From Clostridia bacterium (lineage in GTDB: Bacteria > Bacillota > Clostridia > Christensenellales > CAAEEZ01), in the NCBI GenBank assembly GCA_900755035.1, contig CAAEEZ010000017.1, positions 260,887 to 324,886 on the forward strand: 64,000 nt of DNA, given 5' to 3'. Under the pieces are notes generated by a model. It was not told the origin of the DNA and searched no databases. It saw only the letters and a program-made list of their open reading frames with translations. Of the stretch, positions 16,137 to 26,075 are shown in pieces. Positions within the stretch are counted from its first letter, which is position 1. Every line of letters starts with the position of its first letter. Made by a program: the position numbers and the translations under genes.

Positions 16137-17408
16137 TTATTTTTTCAATAACTTTTTAATGCAAACGATTTTTACTGCGGTTGCAAATACGTCGCAAGCA
16201 AGGCTTAGTTCCTCTTCGGTTGGATAAGACGGAGCAAATCTTATATTGCTGTCGTTATCATCTAAGCCGTTAGGGAATGTAGCGCCTGCGTTAGTTAGTT
16301 TTACGCCCGCCTCTGCCGTCATTTTAACAACTTCCTTTGCGCAACCTTTAAGTACGTTTACGCTAATAAAGTATCCACCGTTTGGCGTGGTCCAATTTAT
16401 GATATCGCTCTCTGAAAAATAAGCGTTCAATTTTTCGATAACCATATCGAATTTTGGCTTTAAGAATTCAGCGTGCTTTTTCATAGTTTCAAGTATGCCC
16501 TCTGCGTTTTTAAAGTACTCTACGTGCATTGCTTGAACAAGTTTATTTGCGCCTATGGTTTGATAGGTCATGTGGCTCTTGATATCTTTTAGGTTATCTA
16601 CGCTAGCGCAAACACAAGCAACGCCAGCACCTGCAAAACTGATTTTTGACGTCGACGAGAACATATACGCTCTATTAGGATTACCTGCCTTTTCGCACTC
16701 GTCTAGTATATTAAGTATTTCGTCGTGCGTATCAGACAAATAGTGAACGGCGTAAGCGTTGTCCCAGAAAATTCTAAAATCTTCTGCGCATTGCATTTTA
16801 GCAAGACGTCTTACTACTTCGTCGCTGTACACGATACCACTTGGATTACTATATTTTGGCACGCACCAAATACCCTTGATAGAATCGCTAGATTTGCATA
16901 GGCTTTCAACGATATCCATATCAGGTCCGTCCTCACGAAGTGGAACGCTAATCATTTTGATTCCTAGCGATTTACATATTGCAAAATGCCTGTCGTAACC
17001 AGGTACGCAACAAATAAAGGTAACGTTTGGCACTTTATTCCAAGGCTTACTACCCATTACGCCAAATTGCATAGCGTATTGAATAATATCGTACATTAGG
17101 TTCAAACTACTGCTACCACCTGCTAGTACTTGCTCTAACTTAACGCCAAGTAAGTCGGCAAATATTTGACGCATTGCCTTTAATCCGTCTAGTCCGCCGT
17201 AGTTACGAGGGTCTATTTCGTACAATTTAGACAAATCTTTTCCGCCAAGTACGGTAAGCATATCTTGGCAAATATCAAGTTGTTTTGGGCAAGGCTTTCC
17301 CCTAGACATATCTAGGTTTAATTTTGCCTTAACGAACTTGTCGTATTTTTTTTGTTCTTCTTTTAGTATAGCGTTTAATTCTTGCTCTGAAAGTTCAGAA
17401 TATAACAT
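16137..17408 (-). CDS. PLP-dependent aminotransferase, class I/II fold
   Basis: GGAGGA lies before ATG 17408. The SSTSKISFAG block has a PLP-lysine context. About 423 aa. Confidence 0.75.
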   Translation of the reverse strand: MLYSELSEQELNAILKEEQKKYDKFVKAKLNLDMSRGKPCPKQLDICQDMLTVLGGKDLSKLYEIDPRNYGGLDGLKAMRQIFADLLGVKLEQVLAGGSSSLNLMYDIIQYAMQFGVMGSKPWNKVPNVTFICCVPGYDRHFAICKSLGIKMISVPLREDGPDMDIVESLCKSSDSIKGIWCVPKYSNPSGIVYSDEVVRRLAKMQCAEDFRIFWDNAYAVHYLSDTHDEILNILDECEKAGNPNRAYMFSSTSKISFAGAGVACVCASVDNLKDIKSHMTYQTIGANKLVQAMHVEYFKNAEGILETMKKHAEFLKPKFDMVIEKLNAYFSESDIINWTTPNGGYFISVNVLKGCAKEVVKMTAEAGVKLTNAGATFPNGLDDNDSNIRFAPSYPTEEELSLACDVFATAVKIVCIKKLLKK

Positions 17409-17468
17409 TTCATCCTCCATAAATACATACAACTAAAATATCACCAAAACGAATATTTGGCAACAATT

Positions 17469-18791
17469 TTAGCCTATTTCATCCTTGTTTTTATTCCTAA
17501 AAATAATGCGAATAGGCGAGCCTACGAATTTGAACGCTTTTCTTATAGAATTTTCGATATATCTCTTATAAGAAAAGTGCAAAAGTTTGTCGTTGTTTAC
17601 GAACAGCACGAACGTAGGTGGTTTTACCGATACTTGCGTAGCGTAGTATATCTTCAACTCTCTGCCCTTGTACATTGGTGGTGGATTAACCATTATAGCC
17701 TCTTGTACGGTATCGTTTAATACGCCGGTCGGCACACGCATTATATTGCTTTCGTATACGATATTTACGTTATCTATTACGCTACCCATTCTTTGACCCG
17801 TTAGTGCGCTAATAAATATCGGCGTGTAGTAGTCCATAAACTTCAATTTTTCGTCTAATTCTTTTTTGAATTTGTATATGGTATTCGTGTCCTTTTCCAC
17901 CAAATCCCACTTGTTCATAGCAATTATGGACGGTTTGCCTTGTTCGTGCACGTAGCCTGCTATTCTTATATCTTGTTCGGACAATTCTTTGGTAGCGTCA
18001 AACACCACTATTACAACGTCTGCCCTTTTAATAGCGGCAATAGAACGCATTACCGAATATTGTTCTACGTCCTCGCTGATATTCTTTTTCCTACGCATAC
18101 CAGCCGTATCTATAATAGTATATTCCTTGCCCGATACCTTAAATTTCGTGTCGATAGCATCTCTCGTTGTTCCTTCGATATCGCTAACGATAACCCTGTC
18201 GTAACCAAGTATTTTGTTTACGATAGAACTTTTACCGGCGTTTGGCCTACCTACAACTGCTATTTTTAGGCTGTCGTCCTCTTCTACCACTCCTTCGCCT
18301 TCGCTAAAGTGAGCGCAAATAGCATCTAGCAAATCGCCAAGTCCTTGCGCTTGTTCGGCGGATATTGGGTATACTTCTTCAAAACCTAATTCGTAAAACT
18401 CAAAACTCTTTTCTATCTCGTTGTTGTCTAGTTTATTCACAGCAACTATTACGGGTTTATTGCTTTTTCTTAGGTATTTTGCCACTTCGTAGTCTTCTGC
18501 AACTAAGCCTGCTTTACCGTCTACGAAAAATACTATTACGTTAGCAAGGTCTACGGCAAGTTCGGCTTGGGTGCGGATATGTAGCCACATTTTATCTTCG
18601 CTACTAACCTCTATACCACCCGTATCTATCATTGTAAAAGCCTTGCCACACCACTCGGCATCGCAATAAATTCTATCACGAGTAACACCAGGCATATCGT
18701 CTACGATTGATATCCTTTTACCGCTTATTTTATTAAAAAAGGTAGATTTACCTACGTTAGGTCTGCCTATTATGGCAACGGTCGGTTTCAT
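17469..18791 (-). CDS. der: ribosome-assembly GTPase Der/EngA
   Basis: Two GTPase domains (GRPNVGKST and GRPNAGKSS, DTGG/DTAG, NKLD/NKWD) plus a KH-like C-terminus. Confidence 0.95.
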   Translation of the reverse strand: MKPTVAIIGRPNVGKSTFFNKISGKRISIVDDMPGVTRDRIYCDAEWCGKAFTMIDTGGIEVSSEDKMWLHIRTQAELAVDLANVIVFFVDGKAGLVAEDYEVAKYLRKSNKPVIVAVNKLDNNEIEKSFEFYELGFEEVYPISAEQAQGLGDLLDAICAHFSEGEGVVEEDDSLKIAVVGRPNAGKSSIVNKILGYDRVIVSDIEGTTRDAIDTKFKVSGKEYTIIDTAGMRRKKNISEDVEQYSVMRSIAAIKRADVVIVVFDATKELSEQDIRIAGYVHEQGKPSIIAMNKWDLVEKDTNTIYKFKKELDEKLKFMDYYTPIFISALTGQRMGSVIDNVNIVYESNIMRVPTGVLNDTVQEAIMVNPPPMYKGRELKIYYATQVSVKPPTFVLFVNNDKLLHFSYKRYIENSIRKAFKFVGSPIRIIFRNKNKDEIG

Positions 18792-20083
18792 ATTACGCTC
18801 CTTATTTCGTCAATTACCCCGCTAGCGTTAGCCTGAGCAATTAGTACTTTCTTTCCTAGTTTTTCTTCAAGTTCTTCTATCGTAGTACCGTCTAGCATCA
18901 CCGTTTCAAATTCCTTGAACATCGTCTTTGGTAATACTACGTAGTCCACGTCGTCAATTTTGCCACTAAGTTGGCTAATAATATCACGCCCAACGACAAG
19001 CCCTGCTACCGTGATATTTTTGCCGAAAAATTCGTTTTCAATAGCAAAAACCTTCGTTTTAAGTCCTTTAACGACGCTTTCCATTTTGCTTGCATAATCT
19101 TTCAGTATCGGCGCAAAACTCTTGCCCGTTACAAAAGCAAATTTTTTATCGGTGGTCAGCCCTTCTAATTCGCCGATTCTATAATCGAAGTCGGCGTTAA
19201 ACTCGGCTAGCATACCAACTCCGTTTTCTATTTGTTCTAGGTCGCCGTAGTAGTCTACGCTAGGGATAGGTTTTTCGGCAATTAAGTACATTTCGTCCGA
19301 ACACCAACAAAAACCACCCGCTTCTGCGTTTATTTTTTCCACACGACTTATAGTATCTATAGCAACTTCTTTCGTTATTCTTTCAAGTGGATATAGCCCT
19401 TCTCTATGGTCGGTAAGCCCAACGGGAACGATTGCAAGCGTTTTTACCGTTGGATAGTACTTTAATAAGTTTCGGCAGGTATCTTCCATAACGTCGCCGT
19501 CGTTTATGCCCTTACACATAACGATTTGCGTATGCATCACTATGCCTGCTTTTGCCATTTTGTCTATATATTTTGGCAAATTTTTGGTATTTGGATTGCT
19601 TACCAACGTTTTCCTTACTTCGTCGTCGTATGCGTGAACGGATATATACATTGGCGATAAATGATACTTTATAATCCTATCTACGTCCTCTTCTGTTACA
19701 TTAGTTAGCGTAACGTAATTGCCACACGCAAAACTTAGCCTATAATCGTCGTCCTTTACGTAAAGCGTATCACGTAATTTTTCTTTTTTAGGCAGTTGGT
19801 CCACAAAACAAAACTTGCACTTGTTCTTGCACCTTGTCGTGCATAGGTCGTATTTTTTATCAAAATTAAGCCCAAGCGTTTCTGCCTCGCCCTTTTTTAT
19901 TTTCTTGGTTTTTTCCTTGCCCTTTCTTAAAAAAGTAACGGTAAATTCGCTTTGTCCGTCGGCGTACAAATAATCAAGTACGTCGGTAAACGGCATATCG
20001 TCAAACCTTAAAATATCGTCGCCAACTTTCAGCCCGTGCTTTTTTGCAACTCCACCTTTATCAATAGATAATATTACAGCCAT
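18788..20083 (-). CDS. DUF512 domain protein (PDZ plus radical-SAM-like region)
   Basis: It has an N-terminal PDZ-like GLKVGDDIL and a Cys cluster CKNKCKFCF. It holds the typical position immediately upstream of der and overlaps the der start by 4 nt. Confidence 0.7.
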   Translation of the reverse strand: MAVILSIDKGGVAKKHGLKVGDDILRFDDMPFTDVLDYLYADGQSEFTVTFLRKGKEKTKKIKKGEAETLGLNFDKKYDLCTTRCKNKCKFCFVDQLPKKEKLRDTLYVKDDDYRLSFACGNYVTLTNVTEEDVDRIIKYHLSPMYISVHAYDDEVRKTLVSNPNTKNLPKYIDKMAKAGIVMHTQIVMCKGINDGDVMEDTCRNLLKYYPTVKTLAIVPVGLTDHREGLYPLERITKEVAIDTISRVEKINAEAGGFCWCSDEMYLIAEKPIPSVDYYGDLEQIENGVGMLAEFNADFDYRIGELEGLTTDKKFAFVTGKSFAPILKDYASKMESVVKGLKTKVFAIENEFFGKNITVAGLVVGRDIISQLSGKIDDVDYVVLPKTMFKEFETVMLDGTTIEELEEKLGKKVLIAQANASGVIDEIRSVI

Positions 20084-20090
20084 ATTCCCT

Positions 20091-21230
20091 CTACTTTTTA
20101 TCCGATAGCAAATCCATCAAAAAGTTTGAGGCAACTATCGTCGACGACCTTATCTCGTCTACGTTTTTATCGGGCTTAACTACAGTGTGGTTCGTAACGT
20201 CGAAAATGCGTGATACTACGTCGCTACTATCCTTTGCGTAGATAGCGTCCCCCACCTTGTTTAGATACTTAAAGTCCTGTTCTTCTACATCTCTTTTTGG
20301 CGCAAACAATATAATTGGTTTGTTAAGTACTTTCGCTTTGTAAATTGCGCTTACGTCGTAAACGGACACTATACAATCCACCGCCTTATACAATTTTTCT
20401 ATATTGTTTACGGTAGTAAATAATTTTACGTTGTTTAGGTTTCCACTTTCCTTAGCCCTTACAAAACGTTGATACAACGGCTCGTTCTCGCCACAGTATA
20501 CGATTATGTTAAACCTATCTTCTACTTCAAGTAATAGTTTGAAAATCTCTACTATTTCATAGTCGCCAACACTTCCACCGTTTAGTAATACGGTCGGTTT
20601 TTCGTCTATGTCGAAAAGGCTTCTAAGTTCGCTTTCGGTTTCGTCTATAAATACGTCCTTTTCAATAGGGAAACGCTTTATAATCACGTTTTCCTTATTT
20701 ACGCCACGCTTAATAAGTTCGTCCTTAAATTCGTTATTTTCTACGATATACTTGTCAGCGCCAAGCGGAGTTGTATGCTTATCAAACGTAAAAGAGTCCA
20801 AACAACCTATTACCATTGCCTTAAAACCGAATTTTTCCTTGGCTTTTATGGTCTGGTATAATGTATTCGTATTCATACACAAAATTGCCTTTGCATCAAA
20901 ACGCCTTGCCACGTTGTTTATTCTCTTGAATTTTCCTTGGCTTTTCTTCTTATATTTTACGTTTGTCTTCGGCTTAGATTTATTCAGCCTTTTTACCTTC
21001 ACTTTCCTAAGGTTTTCCACGTCGTCCAAAAAGTTGATGCCGTGCCTAATACCGTAAATTAGGGTGCTATTTTGCCATTTAGAAGAAAACTTATTAGTAA
21101 TTTGTTCCTCTTTTATGGTTATTACGTGATAGCCGAATATTTTTCCGTTGATATGCTCCTCCAAGGCTTTTGCCCTAGCGTCCTCAACTAAATTACCCGT
21201 TAATAAAATAATTTTTTCCGGAATTATCAT
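20091..21230 (-). CDS. unassigned 379-aa protein, weakly MGDG-synthase/UgtP (GT28)-like
   Basis: It has a two-lobed Rossmann-like layout and a Lys-rich insert (KVKVKRLNKSKPKTNVKYKKKSQGKFKR). I do not see the usual nucleotide-sugar-binding glycine motif. Confidence 0.35.
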   Translation of the reverse strand: MIIPEKIILLTGNLVEDARAKALEEHINGKIFGYHVITIKEEQITNKFSSKWQNSTLIYGIRHGINFLDDVENLRKVKVKRLNKSKPKTNVKYKKKSQGKFKRINNVARRFDAKAILCMNTNTLYQTIKAKEKFGFKAMVIGCLDSFTFDKHTTPLGADKYIVENNEFKDELIKRGVNKENVIIKRFPIEKDVFIDETESELRSLFDIDEKPTVLLNGGSVGDYEIVEIFKLLLEVEDRFNIIVYCGENEPLYQRFVRAKESGNLNNVKLFTTVNNIEKLYKAVDCIVSVYDVSAIYKAKVLNKPIILFAPKRDVEEQDFKYLNKVGDAIYAKDSSDVVSRIFDVTNHTVVKPDKNVDEIRSSTIVASNFLMDLLSDKK

Positions 21231-21232
21231 AA

Positions 21233-22465
21233 CTATTCCCCTTTTACGTTCATTCTTAGTTTGTCTAACTTAGAAAGTTTATAGTCCGTTTTAATATATA
21301 ATTTTTGTTGCACGATTTTAGCATCGCCCACTTCGTTTCCGTATTCGTCAAACATTTCGTCTACTATAATCGTTTTGCAAAAATTTTCGCCACTAGATAA
21401 TATTTCCAAAGTATCGCCCTTTTTGAAACGATTACGTTGTTCTACTAGTATTGCTTTCTTCGTTTCGTCGTAGCCTAGTACCTCTGCAATAAACTTGTAG
21501 TCGCACTCGCTTTGCGCCGACGACAAATTCACGTTTGCATCTTCGCTTTTATCGGTAAAATAAAAGCCCGTACTATATCCCCTATGCGCAGTTTTTTCCA
21601 TTTCGTCAAGAACGTTCTTTGGCAAAACAAGTTTTACGTTTGGATTTTTAAGATATTCGTCTATTGCACGCCTATACATAGTTACCACGCTACCAACGTA
21701 GTACTCGGACTTCATTCTGCCTTCTATCTTAAAACTTTCCACGCCTGCTTTTATCACTTCGTCCATATACTTTAACATACAAATATCGTTGCTGTTTAGT
21801 ATATAACTACCCCTATCATCCTGTTGCATAGTTAAAAATTTGTTAGGTCTATTTCTTTCTGTAACCGAGTATTCCCACCTACAAGCCTGTACGCATTCGC
21901 CCCTATTAGAGTTCCTGCTAGTTAGGTAATTACTTAACAAGCACCTACCGCTATAACTAATACACATTGCGCCGTGCACGAACGCTTCTAGTTGTACGCT
22001 GTCGCCTACGAAGTCCTTAATTTCTTTTATCTCGTCTATTTTCAGTTCCCTTGCAAGCACCACTCTTTCTAGCCCGTAGCTAGCCCAAAACTTCACTGCG
22101 TGTTTATTCGTAGTATTTGCCTGAGTAGATAGGTGCAATTTTAGGTTAGGCGCTACTCTTTTAGATAGTTCAAGCACGCCTATATCGCTTACGATTATAG
22201 CATCCACCTTTATTTCGTCTAGGTACTTGATATATTCTTCTAGCCTACCAAAATCACTATTAGAAGCAAAAATATTTACCGTAACGTATACTTTTTTACC
22301 TAGGCTATGCGCATAGGTAACTGCACTTTTCAGCCCTTCGTAATCAAAGTTATTACAGTACGCTCTTAGTGAAAATTCACCACCTATATATACTGCGTCT
22401 GCACCAAAATGAAGTGCAGTATCCATTTTTTTTCTATCGCCTGCTGGGGCAAGTAATTCTAACAT
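21233..22465 (-). CDS. peptidase U32 family protein (TrhP/YrrN-YrrO-like)
   Basis: The N-terminal ELLAPAG...GADAVYIGG pattern and the 410-aa size fit the family. Confidence 0.85.
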   Translation of the reverse strand: MLELLAPAGDRKKMDTALHFGADAVYIGGEFSLRAYCNNFDYEGLKSAVTYAHSLGKKVYVTVNIFASNSDFGRLEEYIKYLDEIKVDAIIVSDIGVLELSKRVAPNLKLHLSTQANTTNKHAVKFWASYGLERVVLARELKIDEIKEIKDFVGDSVQLEAFVHGAMCISYSGRCLLSNYLTSRNSNRGECVQACRWEYSVTERNRPNKFLTMQQDDRGSYILNSNDICMLKYMDEVIKAGVESFKIEGRMKSEYYVGSVVTMYRRAIDEYLKNPNVKLVLPKNVLDEMEKTAHRGYSTGFYFTDKSEDANVNLSSAQSECDYKFIAEVLGYDETKKAILVEQRNRFKKGDTLEILSSGENFCKTIIVDEMFDEYGNEVGDAKIVQQKLYIKTDYKLSKLDKLRMNVKGE

Positions 22466-22468
22466 ATT

Positions 22469-23056
22469 TTACCTTTTTACGCTTATAGCAATACCGTCCT
22501 CAATATTAAGTATCTTGCTAGTAAGCATTTCGTTTTTTTCTAATTCTTCTAAATACGCTCTCATATTGCGTATAATAGTTTTTTTCTTGTTATACACGCC
22601 TTCTTTTTCGATATATCCGTAAAAAAGTACGTTGTCGGCAAATATTTCTCCACCTTTTTCTAAGCACTCTACTATTTTTGGCAACATTTCTAGGTAGTGC
22701 GCCTTAGGTCCGTCTAAGAACACGAAGTCAAACGTTCCGTCTAGATACCTAAGTATCTCGTTTGCATCCCCTTCCCAAAGCACCACTCTATCGTTTAAGC
22801 CTGCCTTTTTGAAGTTTTCCCTTGCAAGCAAGCACCTTTCTTCGTCTAACTCAATCGTGTACAATTTACTATTTGGGCTAGCAAGCAACATTTTGCTACC
22901 GCTGTAACCTATCGCCGTGCCTATTTCAAGTATACGCTTAGGCTGTTTTTCCTTAACTTCGCTAACTAAAATTTCTAAACTTTTAGACCGTATTATAGGT
23001 ACTCTATTTTCGCTTGCGTATTTTTCTAATTCTTCAAAGTAAGTTTCGTAATCCAT
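22469..23056 (-). CDS. trmR: class I SAM-dependent O-methyltransferase (YrrM/TrmR-like)
   Basis: SAM motif ILEIGTAIGYSG is present. ATG 23056 lies just after the rnj stop; the track start 23068 is a TTG. Confidence 0.7.
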   Translation of the reverse strand: MDYETYFEELEKYASENRVPIIRSKSLEILVSEVKEKQPKRILEIGTAIGYSGSKMLLASPNSKLYTIELDEERCLLARENFKKAGLNDRVVLWEGDANEILRYLDGTFDFVFLDGPKAHYLEMLPKIVECLEKGGEIFADNVLFYGYIEKEGVYNKKKTIIRNMRAYLEELEKNEMLTSKILNIEDGIAISVKR

Positions 23057-23057
23057 T

Positions 23058-24704
23058 TTAGTTCTCAATTATTATCGGCATTATCATAGGCGTTTGCTTG
23101 TAGGTAGCAATTACTTCCTTTTTGATAGCCTTTCTAACTATTACCTTTAACTCGGAGTAATCGTCTACGGCGTCTAGCCCTATTTTTTCTATGCTGTCTA
23201 CTATCACTTGTTTCAAGTCCTTGATAAAGGCATCTGAGAAGTTTAAGCCTCTCGTGATTATTTCAGGGTCGGCGGTGATTTCGCCCGTCTTGAAGTTTAC
23301 GCCCATAAAGGCAATAAGCAGTCCCTCGGCAGATATTTGAAGTCTATCCCTAACGACAGTGTCGCCGTCGTCAAGTAGCACTCCGTCAACTAGCACATTG
23401 CCAGCCTGTATTCTTGGGCATTTATTTACACCTTTATTGCTTACTGCGAAAGTGTCGCCGATATTTGGGATAAATACGTTATCCTCTAACATACCAACGT
23501 CTATTGCCATCTTTTTATGCTTTACTAGATGCCTATACTCGCCGTGAACGGGGATAAAGAATTTTGGCTTTACAAGAGATAGCATCAGTTTTAATTCCTC
23601 TTGAAAAGCGTGTCCCGATACGTGTACTTCGCTCATAGCGTCGTAAACTACCTCTGCACCCTTTTTATATAGGTTGTTTATTACGCCGTATATCGACCTT
23701 TCGTTACCTGGTATTGGCGAAGAAGATAAAATTACCGTATCTTTACTAGTAATATTTACCTGCGAGTTATTGCCCATTGCCATACGTGCCAAACTACTCA
23801 TCGGTTCGCCTTGGCTACCCGTACATATTATTATCAATTTGTCGTATGGTATTTTGCTTATTTCGTTTATATCCACAACCGTCTTTTCGTCGTAGTTTAA
23901 TTCGCCTATGGAGTGAGCAACGTCGCCTATTCGTTTCATACTCTTACCACTAAACGCAACTCGTCTGCCACACTTAGCGGCAGCGTTTAGAATTTGTTGC
24001 ACCCTATATACGTTCGAGGCAAACGTAGCCACTATTATTCTTCTATCCTTATTTTGCTCAAACAGCATATCCAAGGTTCTGCCTACTTTACTTTCAGAAG
24101 CAGAGTGCCCTTCCCTTTCCACGTTGGTCGATTCGCCCAGCATAAGTAGTACGCCCTTTTCGCCTATTTCGCCAATACGCTTTACGTCGGTAAGCTGGTC
24201 GTCTATAGGGGTATAGTCCATTTTGTAGTCGCCCGTGAAAAATACCGTACCTTTCGGCGTGCCTATGCTGATAGCAGCAGCCCCGCTAAACGAATGGCAA
24301 ACCCTAATGAACTCCACCTTGAAAGCACCAACGTTGTAGATTTGCCTAAACTTTACCTCTTGCATTTTATAGTCTTCTATTTTATTTTCCAAAAACTTAT
24401 GCTCCACTAGGGCAAGCGTAAGTTTCGTACCGTATATTGTAGACGCTATTTCAGGATATACGTAAGGAAGCGCTCCTATATGGTCCTCGTGTCCGTGAGT
24501 TAGAAGTATACCTTTTATTTTCGCTTTGTTTTGGGCAAGATAACTTACGTCGGGAACGACTACGTCTATGCCCGGCATATCGTTGGTTGGAAAACTCATA
24601 CCGCAGTCTACGATAACTATATCGTCGCCGTATTCAAGAGCGGTCATATTTTTACCAATTTCACCAACTCCACCCAAAAACATTATTTTTAACTTTTTAG
24701 CCAC
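23058..24704 (-). CDS. rnj: ribonuclease J
   Basis: It is a metallo-beta-lactamase/beta-CASP protein with the HGHEDHIG motif. 548 aa. Confidence 0.93.
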   Translation of the reverse strand: MAKKLKIMFLGGVGEIGKNMTALEYGDDIVIVDCGMSFPTNDMPGIDVVVPDVSYLAQNKAKIKGILLTHGHEDHIGALPYVYPEIASTIYGTKLTLALVEHKFLENKIEDYKMQEVKFRQIYNVGAFKVEFIRVCHSFSGAAAISIGTPKGTVFFTGDYKMDYTPIDDQLTDVKRIGEIGEKGVLLMLGESTNVEREGHSASESKVGRTLDMLFEQNKDRRIIVATFASNVYRVQQILNAAAKCGRRVAFSGKSMKRIGDVAHSIGELNYDEKTVVDINEISKIPYDKLIIICTGSQGEPMSSLARMAMGNNSQVNITSKDTVILSSSPIPGNERSIYGVINNLYKKGAEVVYDAMSEVHVSGHAFQEELKLMLSLVKPKFFIPVHGEYRHLVKHKKMAIDVGMLEDNVFIPNIGDTFAVSNKGVNKCPRIQAGNVLVDGVLLDDGDTVVRDRLQISAEGLLIAFMGVNFKTGEITADPEIITRGLNFSDAFIKDLKQVIVDSIEKIGLDAVDDYSELKVIVRKAIKKEVIATYKQTPMIMPIIIEN

Positions 24705-24932
24705 AATACTCCTCCATTTTATATGTAATTAAATTATATACTAAAATAAAAAAAAATTCAACAAATCATATATATTAAATAATAACAATATATTCATTGT
24801 TTATTTATGGAAACAAATCGCAAAATTTCAACTATTTTGGCAAATAACCGAAAATAAACCGATTTTTATTCGTTTTTATAGAAAAGTTTTGTAGAATAAA
24901 CTTTTAGTTAGTTTTACCTATTAAAAAATTAG

Positions 24933-24961
24933 TTGTCATTTTACCCTTTGGGGTTTATAAT
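24933..24961 (+). promoter_or_regulatory. serC promoter: TTGTCA-17 nt-TATAAT
   Basis: The hexamers lie at 24933-24938 and 24956-24961. AAGGAGA RBS precedes ATG 24994. Confidence 0.55.
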
Positions 24962-24993
24962 AAAAAGGTACTAAAAAATCATAAGGAGACAAT

Positions 24994-26067
24994 ATGAGAG
25001 TTTATAATTTTTCTGCAGGTCCATCTATGATGCCACTAGCAGTATTAGAAGAAGTACAAAAAGATTTTATCGACTACAAAGGTAGTGGCATGAGCGTAAC
25101 CGAATTTAGCCATAGAAGTAAATGGTATGAGGAGATTCATTTCGGTTTTATGTCCTTACTACGTGAACTAATGAATATTCCTGAGGATTATGAAATAGTA
25201 CTTATGGGAGGAGGCGCATCTACTCAATTTGAAGCATTACCTCTTAACCTACTTGGCGAAAAAGCACAAGCAGACTATATCGTAAGCGGAAACTTCTCGG
25301 GTAAAGCATACAAATTCGCTCAAAAATACGGCGATATCAAACTTGTATACACTGCTGAGGAAAATAATTTTACTAATTTACCTGACTTTAAGAGAGAAGA
25401 TTTTAGGCAAGATTCTGCTTACCTACATATCACAGGTAACAACACTATTTTTGGTCTTGCTTACGACAAAGTGCCTGACGCAGGTATTCCTATCGCTTGC
25501 GACCTATCTTCTAGTATACTAGGCAGAAAATACGACGTAACCGACTACGCTTTAATATACGCAGGCGCACAAAAGAACATTGCCCCTGCCGGCGTAACTA
25601 TCGTAATAGTAAGAAAAGATATGTTAAAGCCAATGGATATTTGCCCTAAAATGCTAAACTATCAAACGCATATCGGTGGTGAAAATATGTTCAACACCCC
25701 ACCCGTTTTCCCTATCTATATGGGCTACGTAAACCTAAAATATATGAAGGCGCAAGGTGGCGTTGAGGCGTACGACAAAATTAACCACGAAAAAGCAAAA
25801 CTATTATACGACTTTATCGACAACTCGTCTTTGTACAAAAACAACGTAAATCCTAAATATAGGTCTATAATGAACGTTCCGTTCGTTACTCCTACCAAGG
25901 ATTTGGACGCTAAATTCGTAAAAGAGGCAACCGACAACGGTCTTGTTAATATCAAGGGACACAAACTTGTAGGCGGTATGAGAGCATCTATCTACAACGG
26001 AATGCCTATTGAAGGCGTAAAAACCCTAATCGAGTTTATGAAAAAATTCGAAATGGAAAACAAATAA
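24994..26067 (+). CDS. serC: phosphoserine aminotransferase
   Basis: NFSAGPS lies at the N-terminus and GAQKNIAPAG carries the PLP lysine. 357 aa. Confidence 0.93.
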   Translation: MRVYNFSAGPSMMPLAVLEEVQKDFIDYKGSGMSVTEFSHRSKWYEEIHFGFMSLLRELMNIPEDYEIVLMGGGASTQFEALPLNLLGEKAQADYIVSGNFSGKAYKFAQKYGDIKLVYTAEENNFTNLPDFKREDFRQDSAYLHITGNNTIFGLAYDKVPDAGIPIACDLSSSILGRKYDVTDYALIYAGAQKNIAPAGVTIVIVRKDMLKPMDICPKMLNYQTHIGGENMFNTPPVFPIYMGYVNLKYMKAQGGVEAYDKINHEKAKLLYDFIDNSSLYKNNVNPKYRSIMNVPFVTPTKDLDAKFVKEATDNGLVNIKGHKLVGGMRASIYNGMPIEGVKTLIEFMKKFEMENK

Positions 26068-26075
26068 GGATAATT

